Counted from the stretch's first letter, positions 24,680-39,438 are shown. The stretch is DNA of 64,000 nt from Octopus sinensis (GCF_006345805.1 NC_042999.1:144274001-144338000), one strand, 5' to 3'. Made by a program: numbers and translations. Notes: generated by a model not told the origin, from the letters alone.

Positions 24680-26510
24680 TTTTGATGCTGACGTACTTGA
24701 CTCAATAGGTCTCCTCAAGCAGGTCGCCCTACGATCCAAGGCACTTTGGAAGGGCTGGGGCTTCTATGTGAAGCTGGTGCAGAAAACAGCCATGAACTCA
24801 CATTATTTGCCAGGTCTTCGCAGTCACAGCATATCTCCAGAGGTCTCGGTCTTCTGTCATTACCACTGTGAAACCGAACGTTCAAAGGTCATGCTTGACC
24901 ACCTCATCCCATGTCTTCCTGGGTTTACTCCGGATTCCTTCAACTGTTTGGGAGTGACACTTATTCACACATCTCTCCTCATCATTCCGTAGTACATGAC
25001 CATACCAGTGCAGACGTCTCTCTGCAACGCCACATCCAATGCTTCTTATGTCCAGCATTTCTCTCCAAGTCCACGAAAGCTATGTAGATGGGTTTATCTT
25101 TAGCTAGGTATTTCTCCTGCAGTTGTCGAACCAGGAATATGGCATCAGTGGTGCTTCTACCTGGCACAAAACCAAACTGCATCTCATCTAAGCAAACTCT
25201 CTCCCTATAGAGATGGGCTATGACCCTCTCTGTGACCTTCAACACCTGATCCAACAGTTTAATACCCCTGTAGTTATTTCTATCTAGAGTATCACCTTTA
25301 CCCTTGTAGCAGTTGACTATGGTGCTGCTACGCCAGTCATTGGGTATGACTCCATTATGAATTACCTGGTTTACAATGCGGGTGACTGGGCCATAGCCCA
25401 CACCACCAGATGTTTTAAGCATCTCAGCAGTGATTCCTGATGGGCCGGAGGCTTTTCCTGGTTTCATACCCTGAATTGCTTTAACTACTAGGGAGCTGTC
25501 TATTCAGATAGCTGGTCACTCTACTGGGTCAACATTTGGCAGGCTCTCCTCCTCCCATTCATTCTCCACATTCAGCAGTCTCTCATAATGGCTTCTCCAA
25601 GCCTCTTTCTTTTCAGAAACATTGAAAGCAAGTGCACCATCATCCATGCAGACACATTTCTCTTCTATGACATCACAATTTTCTCTCACACACTGTCTTG
25701 CAATCTGAAATACCTCAAGTTTTTTGGTCCTCACGTCGCTGAACATTGGCAAACTTCTTATTTTCTGCTTCGCCCTTGGCTATGTATACCTGCCACCCAG
25801 TCTCCCTTTTGGCTACCTGGTACAGTTCCCTGCTACCCCCATCCCACCAGGCTTTCCAGGCCTATTTCTTTGCTCTAATGGCTTTGTCTACTGTACTATT
25901 CCACCACCACGTAACTCTAGGTCTGGAAGGGACTTTGCACCATCCACAGATTTGGTCTGTGGCACTCAGCAAGCTGTCCCATAGGAATTTCCAGCTACCT
26001 TCTATGTCCGACGTCTGTAGCTTCTCCTCCCTCTCATCAGATTTCTTGATGAGGATGTCCCTAAATCTCTGACCATGTGAAGGGTTCTTTAGCTTCCAAG
26101 TCCTTTTCTGGATTGGTCTGCTTCTTGGTATCCTTCTGGCCTCAAGCTTAAAGTCACTAATGACTAGCTTAATGCTGAGGGGTACATTCTTCACCCGGGA
26201 GGGTCTTTGTATTTAAGAGCAACCCTGCGTCCCGCTGTCTGGTGAGGATGAAATCTATTTGGCAAGCAGAGTCCCCTGACTGATAGGTTATAAGGTGGCT
26301 GTCTGGCTTCCTGAAGTTAGTGTTGCAGATTAAAAGGTTACATGCATCACAGAATTCCAGTAGTCTAGTTCCCTCATCGTTTCGGGTGCCAATACCATGG
26401 CCACTGTGTACCCCAGTGAAGATACCCGATTCCTGCCCAACATGCCCATTAAAGTCTCCAGCCACAAAGATGAGGTCATTGCCACTTGTCTTTGAGGTAG
26501 ACTCCTCTAT
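24680..26510 (-). mobile_element. RTE-clade LINE, decayed, internally deleted
   Basis: APE endonuclease motifs AGDFNGHVG and QIDFIL; RT N-terminus GKASGPSGITAEML, NYRGIKLL, QFGFVPGRSTTDAIF, FVDLE. The sequence jumps from FVDLE directly to the C-terminal region, so the catalytic core is deleted. Confidence 0.92.
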
Positions 26511-26825
26511 ATACATATATATATATACACATACATATATGTACACATACATATATGTACATATATGTTCATATACATATATGTACATATACATATATAC
26601 ACACACACACACGCATGAATGTTTGTTTTTATGTTCAGTTATAAAAACAATTTTACATTAATTTCATGGATTATTCTATTCTTTCTTTTGTAGAATACAA
26701 ATTTATTATTCTTGCATAAGAATGTTGTTGACAGTGGCATTGAAGTTTTAGCCACCTAAGCCATCATCCAATCAAAGTCACTGCCAACAATAATTCCTGT
26801 CTAAGAGTAATATATATATATCGAA

Positions 26826-27238
26826 ATCAAATTCAGTGATGTGGCCAATGACAGCACCGCATGACTGGCATTCGTGCTAGTGGAATGCTAAGAGCACCAT
26901 CCGAGCGTGATCATTGCCAGGGTCGCTGACTGACTCCCATGCCAGTGGCATGTATAAAGCAACATTCGAGCATGATCATTACCAGTGTCGCCTTACTCAC
27001 ACGTGAAAACAACACTCGAGCGAGGTCGTTGCCAGTGCCACTGGACTGGCTCTTGTGCAGGTGGCACATAAAAGCACCCACTACACTTCCAGAGCGGTTG
27101 ACATGAGGAAGGGCATCCAGCTGTAGAAACTCTGCCAGATCAGATTGGAGCCTGGTGCAGCTATCTGGCTTGCCAGCCCTCAGTCAAACCGTCCAACCCA
27201 TGCCAGCATGGAAAGTGAATGTTAAATGATGATGATGA
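26826..27238 (+). mobile_element. RTE-type 3' UTR/SINE with internal degenerate repeats and (GAT)n tail
   Basis: cgagcgtgatcattgccag-type unit three times; tail ccagcatggaaagtgaatgttaaatgatgatgat. Confidence 0.75.
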
Positions 27239-27239
27239 C

Positions 27240-27302
<63 letters not shown>

Positions 27303-30300
27303 ATATAATATAATATAATATAAACAAGATTCAGTTGAATAAGGTACTTAAAGTTGAGGCTCTTAAGTGGAATAAAATGCTATAGTCTAACTAATTTCAA
27401 GATCTTGCGTTATGTTGTGCCCATGACAAAGGCAAAATGGTAATATCTACAACTAGTAATACCTAGTAAATGAATTAGGGAAAAACTATATGCACTTTCC
27501 CTCTTTACACTCCAAAAAAATATCTCTCATCCTCTTCAAAAGAACATTTCCAGTCAATAACCATCTTCTTCTGACTTGATGTTATCTGTGATTGAACAAA
27601 CTGCTAAGCAGCATTTAGCATTGATGAAGAACTACAACTTTTGAACATTGAATGTCCAACAGTAATGAGTTATGTTTACCATTTACCAACAGATAGACGT
27701 AACAGAGATTGATCCTTACAAAGGGACAACCAAAATGGATGACCTCCCTCCAGATATTTATCTGGAGAAGAGATCATGTCAGAAATAATATTAGAAAATT
27801 AGATAATGTAAAGTGAATAATAAATTAAAGTACCATCAGCTTTGACTTTGTGACACATTATCTAATGTCTATAGGAACTGTTGAAAAAGAAACACTAAAA
27901 GGTCAGCTAATTCCCTTAAAACACAAAATTGTAAGCAGCAAATGTGAAACTTCATTACAATAAGAAATTTCTAGGAACAAAGAGCCATCATCGATGACAA
28001 GTTTGCACTGAACCCTCAAGCAAGACATTGTAGCATGGAAAGCCATGCCACCAAAGTCATAAAAGCTGTTTCCCAAAATGGCCTAGGTTAGGATCTGGAA
28101 TCTAAACAAACATGACAGTGATGCAATGTGGTTAAATGAGTAATTCTTCTGATAGTCAGTGCAAAACTACCAAATGGAAAAATCACCAGGGAGAGACCTG
28201 GTAGTTGGTTATTAGTAGAGAACACTGACAGAATCTAAGTTAAAGGGATGGATGAAAGCAGGGGTATAAGATCAGTCCCCCTTACCTTTATGTGCAGCAT
28301 CATATCACTTAGCAATACCCACTTGGAGAAAGTCCTTACCATATTAGTAGAAAGTTATCATGGATCCATATACCACAATAAAGAGAATATCAAAAACACT
28401 GACAGAAATGGTAGCTTCTCCTGGACCTATGGTAGATATATCACACCTCACCTAGAAAGTTCTGCCCTCACTAGCCAAGGAATAAAAGATAGCTATTAAA
28501 TATCTAATCAACAAGAGAGATAAGGGCATCTCTAAACCTCCATGTCATGATAGAAAATGGTCATATTTAATATACAGAAAAGTAGTACTTAAGAATTCTA
28601 TACAATATACCCAATGCAAACTGTGAATGCACAGGTCATACAGTAGGCCCATAAGTAGGCTCAGAGAGAAGGTAAAGTAAGCACCACAGATGACAGATGC
28701 ACAGGAACAGTAAGTACTAAGAGCACTTGCAAAATAGACTCCATTCACTACCCAGCTGGTTCTCTAGTAGTAATAGTTTCTATTACTCAGGAAACTAAAT
28801 TAGCACTGAGGGTAGAGATTCTAAAAGCATAGTAGCCAAAGTAAGAAATGAAAAGTTGAAGGAGCTAGTATCTCTTCCAACAACAAAGGATTTCTCTCTC
28901 AGAGTGAGGGGAAGATTGTATGATGCCTTTATGTAATGTGTGATGCTGCATGATAGTGAGACAGGGGCACTGAAAAGAGGATCTGTGAAGTCTAGAAAGA
29001 AATGAAACAAGTGTGCTCTGCTAAATAGTATGCATGAGCAACAAAGCACAAATAAGCTGAGAGAAAACCTGAATATAAGAGAAATCAAGAATAGGGTGCA
29101 AGAGAGAAAACTGTGTTTGTTTTGGGTACATGATATGTTTGGGAGAGACAGCTGTATAAAGATGTGCTATGTAAAGGGAGACTGGAGAAGGCTTGCAGAT
29201 AAAGTGGTAAAGACAGAACTGAAGATGTTACACTTTACAGTCACCATCATCATCAAACATTGGTCATCATGCTGGTAAGGGTTGATAAGCTGAGGGGCTG
29301 CACCAGACTCTAGTTTGATTTGGCATGGTTTCTACAGCTGGATGTCCTTCCTAACACAACCACTCCAACAGTGTAATGGATGCTTTTACATACCACCAGC
29401 ACAGATATCAGCTGCATGACACCATTATCTGCCATGACTACAATTTCACTTGGCTTGATGGGTCTTCCTCTCAAGCATAGCATACTGCCAAAGATCTGTC
29501 ATTTGTCATCGCCTCTGCGAGGTATTGAAGATAATAAAGGACTGTGTTGACTGGCAGCAAACAGTAAGAGAAAAGACACACTTGCCCACCCTGGCATGAC
29601 AAAACAGGTGCTGAAATTTGTGGAGTGTGAGATCCCCTTAAGTGAGGGACATGGCCACCTCTATAGTACTAGCATCACAAAAAAAACAATATATAAAGCA
29701 TGAGGTTGTGAGGGCCTTTTAGTCTCTTATCGAGAACATGAAATTTCTTTAATGTTGTTGCCACATAAAAAGCACCCAGTGCATTCTGTAAAGTGGTTGA
29801 TGCTAAGAAGGGCATCTAGCTGTAGAAACCAAACCAAAAATGAAATACGTGATGCAGTCCCTTGACTCAACTAAGTGAGCATTAGCTGCAAATATGTGCT
29901 AACTCAGTGATGACTTCACCAACCCACATAAGCATGGATGGAAGATATAAAACAATGATGATTATGATCACACACACATTATAATGTTTATCAATATGAG
30001 ATAACAGATAAATCATAGAGTGAACTCACTAGTGATCCTGAGCTAATATGTAAACAAGAAAAGGGTAGTTCTTTAACGACCAAAACACAGTATCAATGGT
30101 ACAGATTTTTCTTATGAGACACATTGGACTATATGCACATCATTTTCAAAACTAATAGAATCTTGTAAGTATAAGGGAGATGACTTTTGCAGTTTTTCTA
30201 ACATAGTGGCTATGTGATATAGGAGATTATATCTAATAAAATTTTAGTGAAAGTGAGATAACTTCTATTAAAGGAATTAGTTAACATGAAATTATAGAGT

Positions 30301-33300
30301 GAAAATATATAAGTTCTTATATAGAATTCAAATTTGTCGATAAAAATTTATAATTCAAAGATAAAGTCCTTAGAAATATAAAGAATAATAAAACACGATA
30401 GACAGAGGGACAAAGATTAAAAGTAAATCTAAATTATGAAATAAACTGAAATAAAATAGCTTTGTAGTAAATTAGTAGGATAAGTAATTAGGAAGATTTA
30501 TGAGATATCAGAACTTCAAGAAAACTTAAGAGAAATGTCTGCATGGACCAAAACATTTAGATTGAGTATTTAAGTAGTCTTTTAGAAACAGTATTGTCAT
30601 CTTCTCAACAGTGCACATACAGCTTCCTCATCCCTGTTGATATATGACCTACTTTACTCTCTAATTCTCTACTTAATTGGTGTAGTCTGTGTTGTTCTTA
30701 GTCATCAGGTGTATTTCCATAAAGTTGTATACGTCAATTTTGATTTATCTCTAAAGGAGCCAGTAGAGTTAGCCTATATTTTAATTATTTAACTGTCATT
30801 CTGTCATCCTGATATATTTCTTTTGTCTGTTGATCCTTTCCAGCCTTCTTCAGGTACTTGTTGTATGTAATGTTCTCAAGATTTCAAACCAAACCCTTAT
30901 TTAATCTACAGGAGTCAATTGTGAACATTTCATTGTCCATACTAGAGATATTTTCCTGTTAGTTATTCTTCTAGTGACGTCACTTGCTCATATTATTTGA
31001 TTAAACTAGCTAAAAGAATAGTCAAAACCATTGCTATCTTTCCACTCTTTATTAGAGGTATGATACAACAAATTCAAAAGACCTGCTGTACATAAAACGT
31101 CAAGACAATTTAAAAAGTAGGCCAAGCCTTCATGGACAACTCTCCCAACGGAAGCCTCCATCAAAAGAGATAAGGAACAAGAACTGTGTGTATTCCATGC
31201 AGCTGTACCAATGAATACGGAAGCGAGACCAGTCACATTTAAAAGTAAAACTAAAGGAACATTGCATCCATAGGGAAGCAGAAAATTCAAGCATGGCTAT
31301 TCATTTGTGGAGGGAAAAGTGAAGTCACCAGCTCTGACAATATAAAACATAGAACAGGAAGAATCAACACATATGCAGAGCTTTCACAACCTCTTCTGTT
31401 GATTCGGCATAGACATGAACATTGGATAGGAGTCTTTTATTAAGAAAGAACATTAGAACTACATATGAGCTCCTAATTTTCATTACCTAACTGTCCTGTG
31501 GAACAATAAAATAGTAAATACAAGTGCTGATGAAGTAATAAGTGTAGTACTTCAACTAGATAATGAGATTAATCTCTGGGTCAATTAAACAATATATATT
31601 TCGACTTAAGTAAGTAGAGTCAGCAAGAGACATCACAAGTAGAATAACTAACAGAAGAATATCTCTTTTCTGGACAAATTTAATACAAACAATCTACTCA
31701 AGATTTAATAAAAGTTTCAGTTTGTAATAGCAACAATGTTACTGAATATGACAAGTAAAGAAGATCCAGAGACCACAAGGAGCAAAATAATGTGATTTTA
31801 ATAACCAAGATAAGGATACTAATATCTTTATAATAACACACACATACACATGAATACAAGTGCATAATGAAGTGTAGGTCATTAAAAGTGGCTGTGACTT
31901 GTGGAAGACATGAGACAAAGTAGTGAAGGCTGATTTCAAGATGCCGTGCACTACAGCAAAAATGATGTCCTAAAACCACCTTGGTCATGCTTGAAAATGC
32001 AGAGTCCTGTCCCTTCACCCTTACAGCCCCACCAAGCACTCTCCACATTTCATCCCCTAACACCCATCACTTTTTCTTCTACAGCACTAATTGGCTGCTT
32101 TACAGTTATCTCCATCCACCTTCCATTTCTCATTCCTATTATCATCCCTTTCCATACTATTTCCACCAATCACCTTTCTGTGCCTTCAGCCACCACACTC
32201 TTCCCTCTGCCATACTCTAACCTAACACCTCTCAAACCTGCTATCATTCTCAACATACACTCATACTGCCATCATGCCCCCCCCCAACCATAGCTACTTG
32301 CATGTACCTCTACATCTCCCTCCTCATAAAACCAATGACTTGTACATCATTTCCCTACTTTTTGATCTATTCTACTTCCTGAGCCACTTGTATCACTCTC
32401 AGCTTACCCTCTCTCCATACAGGTATTTTCCATCAACTACATCCCCACTTGTTCATTCACCTCAAACCATTTATTACTCTCCTCTCATACTCTTACAAAA
32501 CTATCCCCATTCCCCTCTGACCCACAGCCAGTAACATCTCTTATAAACATCTTGTATCTTGAGATGCTCTGACATTTTGTCACCACCATCTCTACCTTCT
32601 CTCCAACTACTTTCGATCACCCTTATTTAATACAGAGTAGCAATGTATTTCCTCTATAGGAAGACACCTGTACTTGTCCCTCTATCATACATCAACCTTT
32701 GAACACTTGGTATAAAACCACTTCCCATCCCCTTCAAATACTCCCTTCACCCACTTAGTCTATTTTCTTTTACCAGTTCTTTTTTCGTAATATTGGTGGC
32801 ACACAAAAAAAAGCAGTCACAACACACTCTAAAGTGGTTGGTGTTTTAGAAAGGGTATCCAACCATAGAAACTATGCCATCAGAGCTGACATCAGAGCTC
32901 AATGTGGTCATTGGGATTCGCCAAATCCGATCAAACCAACCAACCCACCCATGACAACATGGAAAACAAAACACTAAAAGATTATTTTTATATACATATA
33001 TACAAACACATTATACAGTGTGTGTGGTGAGTGTGTGTGTGTATGTGTGTGTGTGTGTAAATAATACATACACATACCAATGCATATGCATACATACAAA
33101 TATGTGTTAATTAAAAAATGTATCTTATGGGTTAATGTTATATGAAACACTTTTACAAAATGTGTTCAATACTGAATTTCTTCAATCACCTTAAATATAA
33201 ATGAAATTCTTGTTTCATGCATTGTAATGACAAAGTAAAAGGTAGGACCAATTTTGCAGGAGTTTCATCACAGGTCTTCATGCTTTTGCAAGTTGCAACA

Positions 33301-35017
33301 ACTGATTGTTAAATTGTTAATATGACTTATGATCTAGACTAATTGGGTGAATACTTGATAGGGATTTTTCTAAGATGGGTATATTGTTACAAGCAGATGC
33401 TGGTACAGAATCCTAAATAATTATAAAGAAGTAAGGAGAAAAAATTGGAGGGGTGATGTTGATACGCTTCCAAATACAAAGCATTTTGGATTTGGGCAAA
33501 TGAAAGATACAAATTGCTGCATATCTGGAATCTTGTTAGTCCCATGCAACATGATCCAAACATTTCAATGATGCTATCTAACTTCTCAGCATACTGATGA
33601 AACAAATAAGAAATCTGACCGTAATAGGAGAGAAAAAAAATCTATTTGAAATGCTCACAGTCCATAGCCTGTGTTGTAAAATGAGAAAATAAAATAGGTA
33701 CAGAATATTATATATTAAAATGCATTATTTAATATAAATCATATTTATGAACTTTTGATGAATACTACAATGACTTGTAAGTTAGATAAATATAACTGTT
33801 CTGTACAATGAGTAAAAATTGAAAAAAGCAAATATGGATCTATATGTAACATTATTTAAAACAAAATGCACAATCATTTAAGGAACAAAATAAACCAATC
33901 TTAAATCAGGTCAGGAAAAAAAATCATAGATTTGTACAGAGTATATTCACACTGGCATATAATTGGACATTGTTCAACATTTTTTAAAACTTTGCCTAAC
34001 TTTTACTATACATAACAAAAGCACTGTAACATTTCTATATTGGAATATCATTAAATCCTACTTTCCTAGAAGTTGTTTAGTTCAAATTTTATTCAATATA
34101 TATGCTCTTACTAACTTAAACAGCAAAAATAGAGATAATTTAAAGAAATCAGTTGTTATATTATACACCTGGCTTTTGCCATATGTGTGTCTGAAATCAT
34201 TAACTTACACCATATCTTCCTTATTTCCACAGTACATTAGTTCAAATGGCTCAAATCACTTAACCTTAAACCAGTTCCACAAAGAAGTAACAAACTGCCA
34301 TGGTCTGTGGATAGAAGGTACTTTACTTCAGATAACAATTTCAGTGGTTTTCTTAAAAATATGACTGTAATAGTAACCAAAGTTTCTCCATTCCACTCTA
34401 AGTATTTACCCATCTAAGTAGTAGTAGTACATGTTAATGATAGATGTGTTAGTTTTTAGTTATCATGAGACAAAATAGGTCAGCAGAAACAGAATTTGGT
34501 CTTGTTAAAAGAAATCAGTAAATAAGAAAGGATTGTGTAGGAGTTAGAGTCCATGTACACATCAGCATAAATCACTATTTAACTATAACAAGAGATAGAA
34601 AGAGATAGAAAGCAAAGAAATCCACATGGATATCAAGATAAAATTGAATATAACATTGTACAAAAATGTTCAACCAGCAACAATAGTAGTCATTTCTAAT
34701 AACTAATTTGATTAGTTTCAACAAACAACGCATTTAGTGTAAAATGGCTGTAATTAAAATAAGAAGAAAGCAGCTATACAATAAATGTATATCATAAATA
34801 AGCTAAACTTTGATTTAAATTATACAGTATGTGAAGGAGAGAGAAACGTGTGTGTGTGTGTGTTTATGCATGTGCACAAGGTCTCATGCAAATGCACACA
34901 ACACAGCACTGATTTTGCTGACAAGAAAGAAGACAAAACATTACTGATTAGTAGGTTCATGCTTTGTCATTTAAAATTTTAAGACTTACAATTAATGCTT
35001 TTACATTCATACTTACA

Positions 35018-35057
<40 letters not shown>

Positions 35058-35261
35058 ATATATTGTTTCTATCATACATATGCTGAGAGCAAGGTGTACA
35101 CAGAACCAGAAATGGTGACCACAAACACACACACATTTATTTTATCTATCTATCTATCTATCTGTCTGTCTATATATATATATATATCGGATAATAAAAT
35201 GAATGGTTTAAACCTGGTAGCTTACTGGTAAAGCATGGTCACTGTGAAAGTGACCATTATG

Positions 35262-35656
35262 TATATGGCAAATGAAAGATGGAAGATATGAAAATTTATT
35301 ATTAATCACGACAATTGTTTCAACACATCTAGCATCAATCCTACATAGGTGGGACACTCAACAACTAGTTCAGGAGCTTCCAGCAGTGCAGATGTATCTC
35401 ACTGGGTGATAAATAGACACAACTCATTAAAATAACAGTTCAGCAATGTAACTTCTTGTTTTGTAGAAAGAAAAGCAGCCAGACGGAGGAAATGTCTTCA
35501 TTTACATAGAAGATCAAAATAAAATCACAGATGTAAATGGGCGTTCCTGAACCAGTTGCTGAGTGTCCCACCTATGAGGGATCGATGTTAGATGTGTCGA
35601 AACAATTGCTGTGATTAATAATAGATTCTCGTATATTCCATCTTCTGTCTTTCATT

Positions 35657-35665
<9 letters not shown>
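35262..35665. repeat. Fold-back element with about 115-bp inverted arms (35262-35375 and 35545-35665)
   Basis: tcctgaaccagttgctgagtgtcccacctatg...ttcatttgccatat is the reverse complement of the left arm with scattered mismatches; 169-nt spacer. Confidence 0.92.
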
Positions 35666-35712
<47 letters not shown>

Positions 35713-35919
35713 TACAATGTGTATCTAAATTAACAAAAATTAATCTACATAAATATATATTAAAAAACTAAAATGAAAAAATAAAGTTGTCACATACTAT
35801 ATGTTATAATTCATTAGTATTTGTCACAAAATTCTATATAGAAAAAAATTTTTTTTAAACAACTGAAAAAATAATGGTTACATGTCTAAAAATACTTATA
35901 TCTAAAAAAAATAGCTTAC

Positions 35920-36009
35920 CTGGTTTTTTGAATGGAGCATTTGAAAAAGGATCCGATGAATCAGACCCTGACATTACCAAATCTTCTCTGCTTTTCACAT
36001 TTGATATAC
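35920..36009 (-). CDS. BMP2K: NAK kinase exon with DPF motif (SISNVKSREDLVMSGSDSSDPFSNAPFKKP)
   Basis: Acceptor tttcattctgtag, donor gtaagc, 90 nt, phase 1 to 1. DPFxxAPF is the endocytic adaptor-binding type of motif found in the BMP2K tail. Confidence 0.88.
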
Positions 36010-37789
36010 CTACAGAATGAAATGGTTCACTAGTTGAAAGCTCGTTATTTTGCTTTACATAAAAGATGATATAATCTTTGAAACAATGTAAACTTACTTT
36101 TGCAATAAATCTGTTACCTGAAAATATGTTATTAACTTGAATTTTCAAAGTAAATATGAAATTATAATTTTCTTATGCTTAAATATCTGAAAGGTGTTAT
36201 TACCAAATTTATAATTTCTTCTTCATAATATTTTCATCTACACTGTTTTAAACTAACTGACTTGTGATTTTCATTGAGTCTCTAATTCTTGGATATGACA
36301 TCAATCTGAATTCAAAGAAGACTCTTCTTAACCAAGAATCATAGCATTCTTATCCATATGCATGAATAGCCTAGTAAATATGAACATTACTATTCTTATG
36401 TTAGAAGTAAAGGTTTCAATTTTATTCAATTTCTTGCAAAGATACTCAATTCCTTTGTTCAGCTTGCAATTAAGTTATCCTTAGGCACAGTATCTATAAT
36501 GAAAGCAGTAGTGAGTTCAGAATATACATAATGCGGATGTCTATGTACTTACTGAGGACAGGTATGGCCATATTCTTAAAACGTTTTCTTTACAATGATC
36601 CCACTAAGTTTGATTCCACTGAGTGACACCATAAACAAGTATTTTTCTATTGCCTTGGGTTGATCCAAGCGGTGTAAGTAAAACTGAGTAGAAGGCAATG
36701 GCAGAACCCCATCAGATATACTTATAATTCAAAGGACTTGCCATGTCAAACACTATGTCACACTAATTTGGTTTGAGAATTACTTTAAGATGGCAAATAT
36801 CAGTGAAATACCAACAGGCTCCCTTCCTTTTAGGACTGTCAGGGTGTGAATAAGCACTAAATGCTTGGCATGGAACTTTCCTGGACGAATACAAAGGAGG
36901 TTTCTTGTTACCTTCCTTTGAGTATTTTTTTTTAAAAGATACCATCTTGTCAGCCAGACACAAACAAGTTTACTACACTTGCCTGAGCACTCAGAGCATA
37001 ATGAACCAAAAAATATCCAAAAGTATTTTTTTCAACTTTCTAACAACTCATTTGCTCCTTCATTCTTGACAGGTACTTTATATTATCAAACCCAGAAGGA
37101 TGGAAGACCAAGATGAAATTGGCAAGATTTGATTTAAGATTTAACCATAACAAATACTGCATGGTATTTTATCCAATCCCCATACAATTCTGCCCATCTT
37201 GCACCTCCTCAAATATTCAGTCACTTACATTATAATTCAATGAAAGGTAGGTCAGTTGATTGAACAAATGGACACTAGTCATTGATATTGATGGCATATC
37301 CATTTACTGCAGAAGTAATATATAATTAACAGATGTTTTGTCAACCTGCATTGCTGAATTCATATCCTCCCATAGGCAGAACCTGTGAAAACCAAGCATC
37401 CTATTCCAGAGAAGTTGATCCCAACAGCTTTGTTACTGGGAAAATAGATAAATAATACAATTCTATCTTAAGAAAATATTCATTTTTCTAAGCAATCATG
37501 AGTTGGATTATTCTGTTACGTATCTTTTACTTGTTTCAGTCATTAGACCGTGGCCATGCTGGGGCACTGCCTTGGAGAATTTTTAGTCAAATGTATCAAC
37601 CCCAGGACTTATTCTATTGGTCTCTTTTGCCGAACTGCTACATTACAGGGATGTAAACACACCAGCACTGGTTGTCATGTGGTGGTGAGGACACAAACAC
37701 AGACACAAAGATATACATATATACAATGGGCTTCTTTCAGTTTCTTATTTCTTTACTGCCCACAAGGGGCTACACACAGAGGGGACAAA

Positions 37790-37945
37790 CGGATTAAGTT
37801 GATTATATCAACCCCAGTGCGTAACTGGTACTTATTTAATTGACCCTGAAAGGATGAAAGGCAAAGTCGACCTCAGTGGAATTTGAACTCAGAACGTAGC
37901 GGCAGGCGAAATACCACTAAGCATTTTGCCTGGCATGCTAACATT
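37790..37945 (-). mobile_element. SINE family A, well-preserved 5' part
   Basis: ggatgaaaggcaaagtcgacctcagtggaatttgaactcagaacgtagcggcagg; B box on the minus strand. Confidence 0.85.
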
Positions 37946-38285
37946 TCTGCCAGCTTGCCGCTTCTTTCAGTTTCTGTTTACCAGATCCACTCGCAAAGCT
38001 TTGCTTGGCCCAATGCTACAGTAGAAGACACTTGCCTAAGGTGTTATGCAGTGAGCTATGCCAGTGCCTATATGAATTTTTATACTATTTTTTAACAACT
38101 TCTTTATACTTAAACAACCAACTAAAATAAGTGAATATTTTTCAACAGGATAAGCTAGTGGTTATCAACGCATCATGTACTATGCTTATTTTTAGGGAGA
38201 TCAATGAAATCACAAATATTTGACAATCTTGTTTTCAAAATAAAAGATGAACATTCACAAAGAGAAATCAGGACTGGAGACTTAC

Positions 38286-38422
38286 TACTATTTGAACCTC
38301 GCCGAATTTTATCAAATTCTTTTCCAAAAATAATATCTTCAGTATAGGAACTAAAGTGGTCTTCTCCAAATGGATTCCAATCAGAAATGTCCATTGATAA
38401 TGGCCGAGAAAGATTGGGAGAC
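38286..38422 (-). CDS. BMP2K: NAK kinase exon with WNPF motif (SPNLSRPLSMDISDWNPFGEDHFSSYTEDIIFGKEFDKIRRGSNS)
   Basis: Acceptor ttttattctctag, donor gtaagt, 137 nt, phase 2 to 1. DISDWNPFGEDHFS...EFDKIR matches BMP2K DMSGWNPFGEDNFS...EFDLLR. Confidence 0.95.
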
Positions 38423-39084
38423 CTAGAGAATAAAAATGGATTAATTTAGTATATAACAGTAATTATTATTTTTATATTGATTAAGATCAGAGGAAGTGAA
38501 CGACAGGTTAAATGGCTATATTCCATTAAAATAATTATTACCAGTTTTTTAAGTGGGATGGGGATGAGCAGCAAGATTAATATAGAAAACTAAATACTAA
38601 AGTATTTAGTCCAACAATCTAGATTTTACTGATTATATGGAAGTAAATTAACAGCATTGTTATCTAATTTAGAGCTTTGTGATTATGGTTTAAATTTCAC
38701 AGGATTAATTTTTTTCCCTTTTCATCTGAGAAGAAAACTAATACCAATGAAATATTAGGGCCAAATCAATTTCTTGCATTTCATATGTAAATATACAATA
38801 TTTCTTTTAATGTTATTTTAATCCTATCTATATTTTCTATTTTCAAATTTTATTTTTAAATATAGCATGTTGTCATTTTAAACAATATAGCACGATATTC
38901 ATGTACCCATACCTTACATGACATAACTTATACATCCTCCTCTACAATATTAGAGTTATAATTGCTATTCTTGATACAACACAAAAAAAAAGTCCAAATA
39001 AAATTATGAAGCTTATAAGGTGAGATGAGAGTTCAAACATTGATTTCTTTGATTGACAGGCTGGTATATGTAGTCTGCTGTCAC

Positions 39085-39438
39085 AGCACTCCATCAGTTA
39101 CGACAACAATCAACGGAACAGCCTGCTTGTGAAATTAACGTTTAAGTGGCTGAGCATTCCAGAGACATGTGTATCCTTAACGTAGTTCTCAGGGGAGATT
39201 CAGTGTGACACAGAGTGTGACAAAGCTGGCCCTTTGAAATACAGGTACAACAGAAACAGGAAGAAAGAAAGTTGTGGTGAAAGAATACAGCAGGGCTCGC
39301 CACCACCCCCTGCTGGAGCCTCACAAAGCTTTAGGTGTTTTCACTCAATAAACACTCACAACGCCCAGTCTAGGAATCGAAACCGCAATCCTTCAACCAT
39401 GAGTCCGCTGCCCTAACCACTGGGCCATTGCGCCTCCA
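39085..39438 (-). mobile_element. tRNA-derived SINE (different family), intact Pol III boxes
   Basis: Minus strand ggaggcgcaatggcccagtggttagggcagcggact...ggtttcgattcc, followed by a non-tRNA body. Confidence 0.8.

Noticed and set aside
30815-30860. CUGAAGA-A-GGCU hammerhead-like start on the minus strand
   Set aside because: Stem II is mismatched and GAAA is lost; at most a dead relic of the 43-kb type.
29990-31700. Purine-rich stretch resembling a decayed retroelement
   Set aside because: No diagnostic motif could be read, so it was left unclassified.
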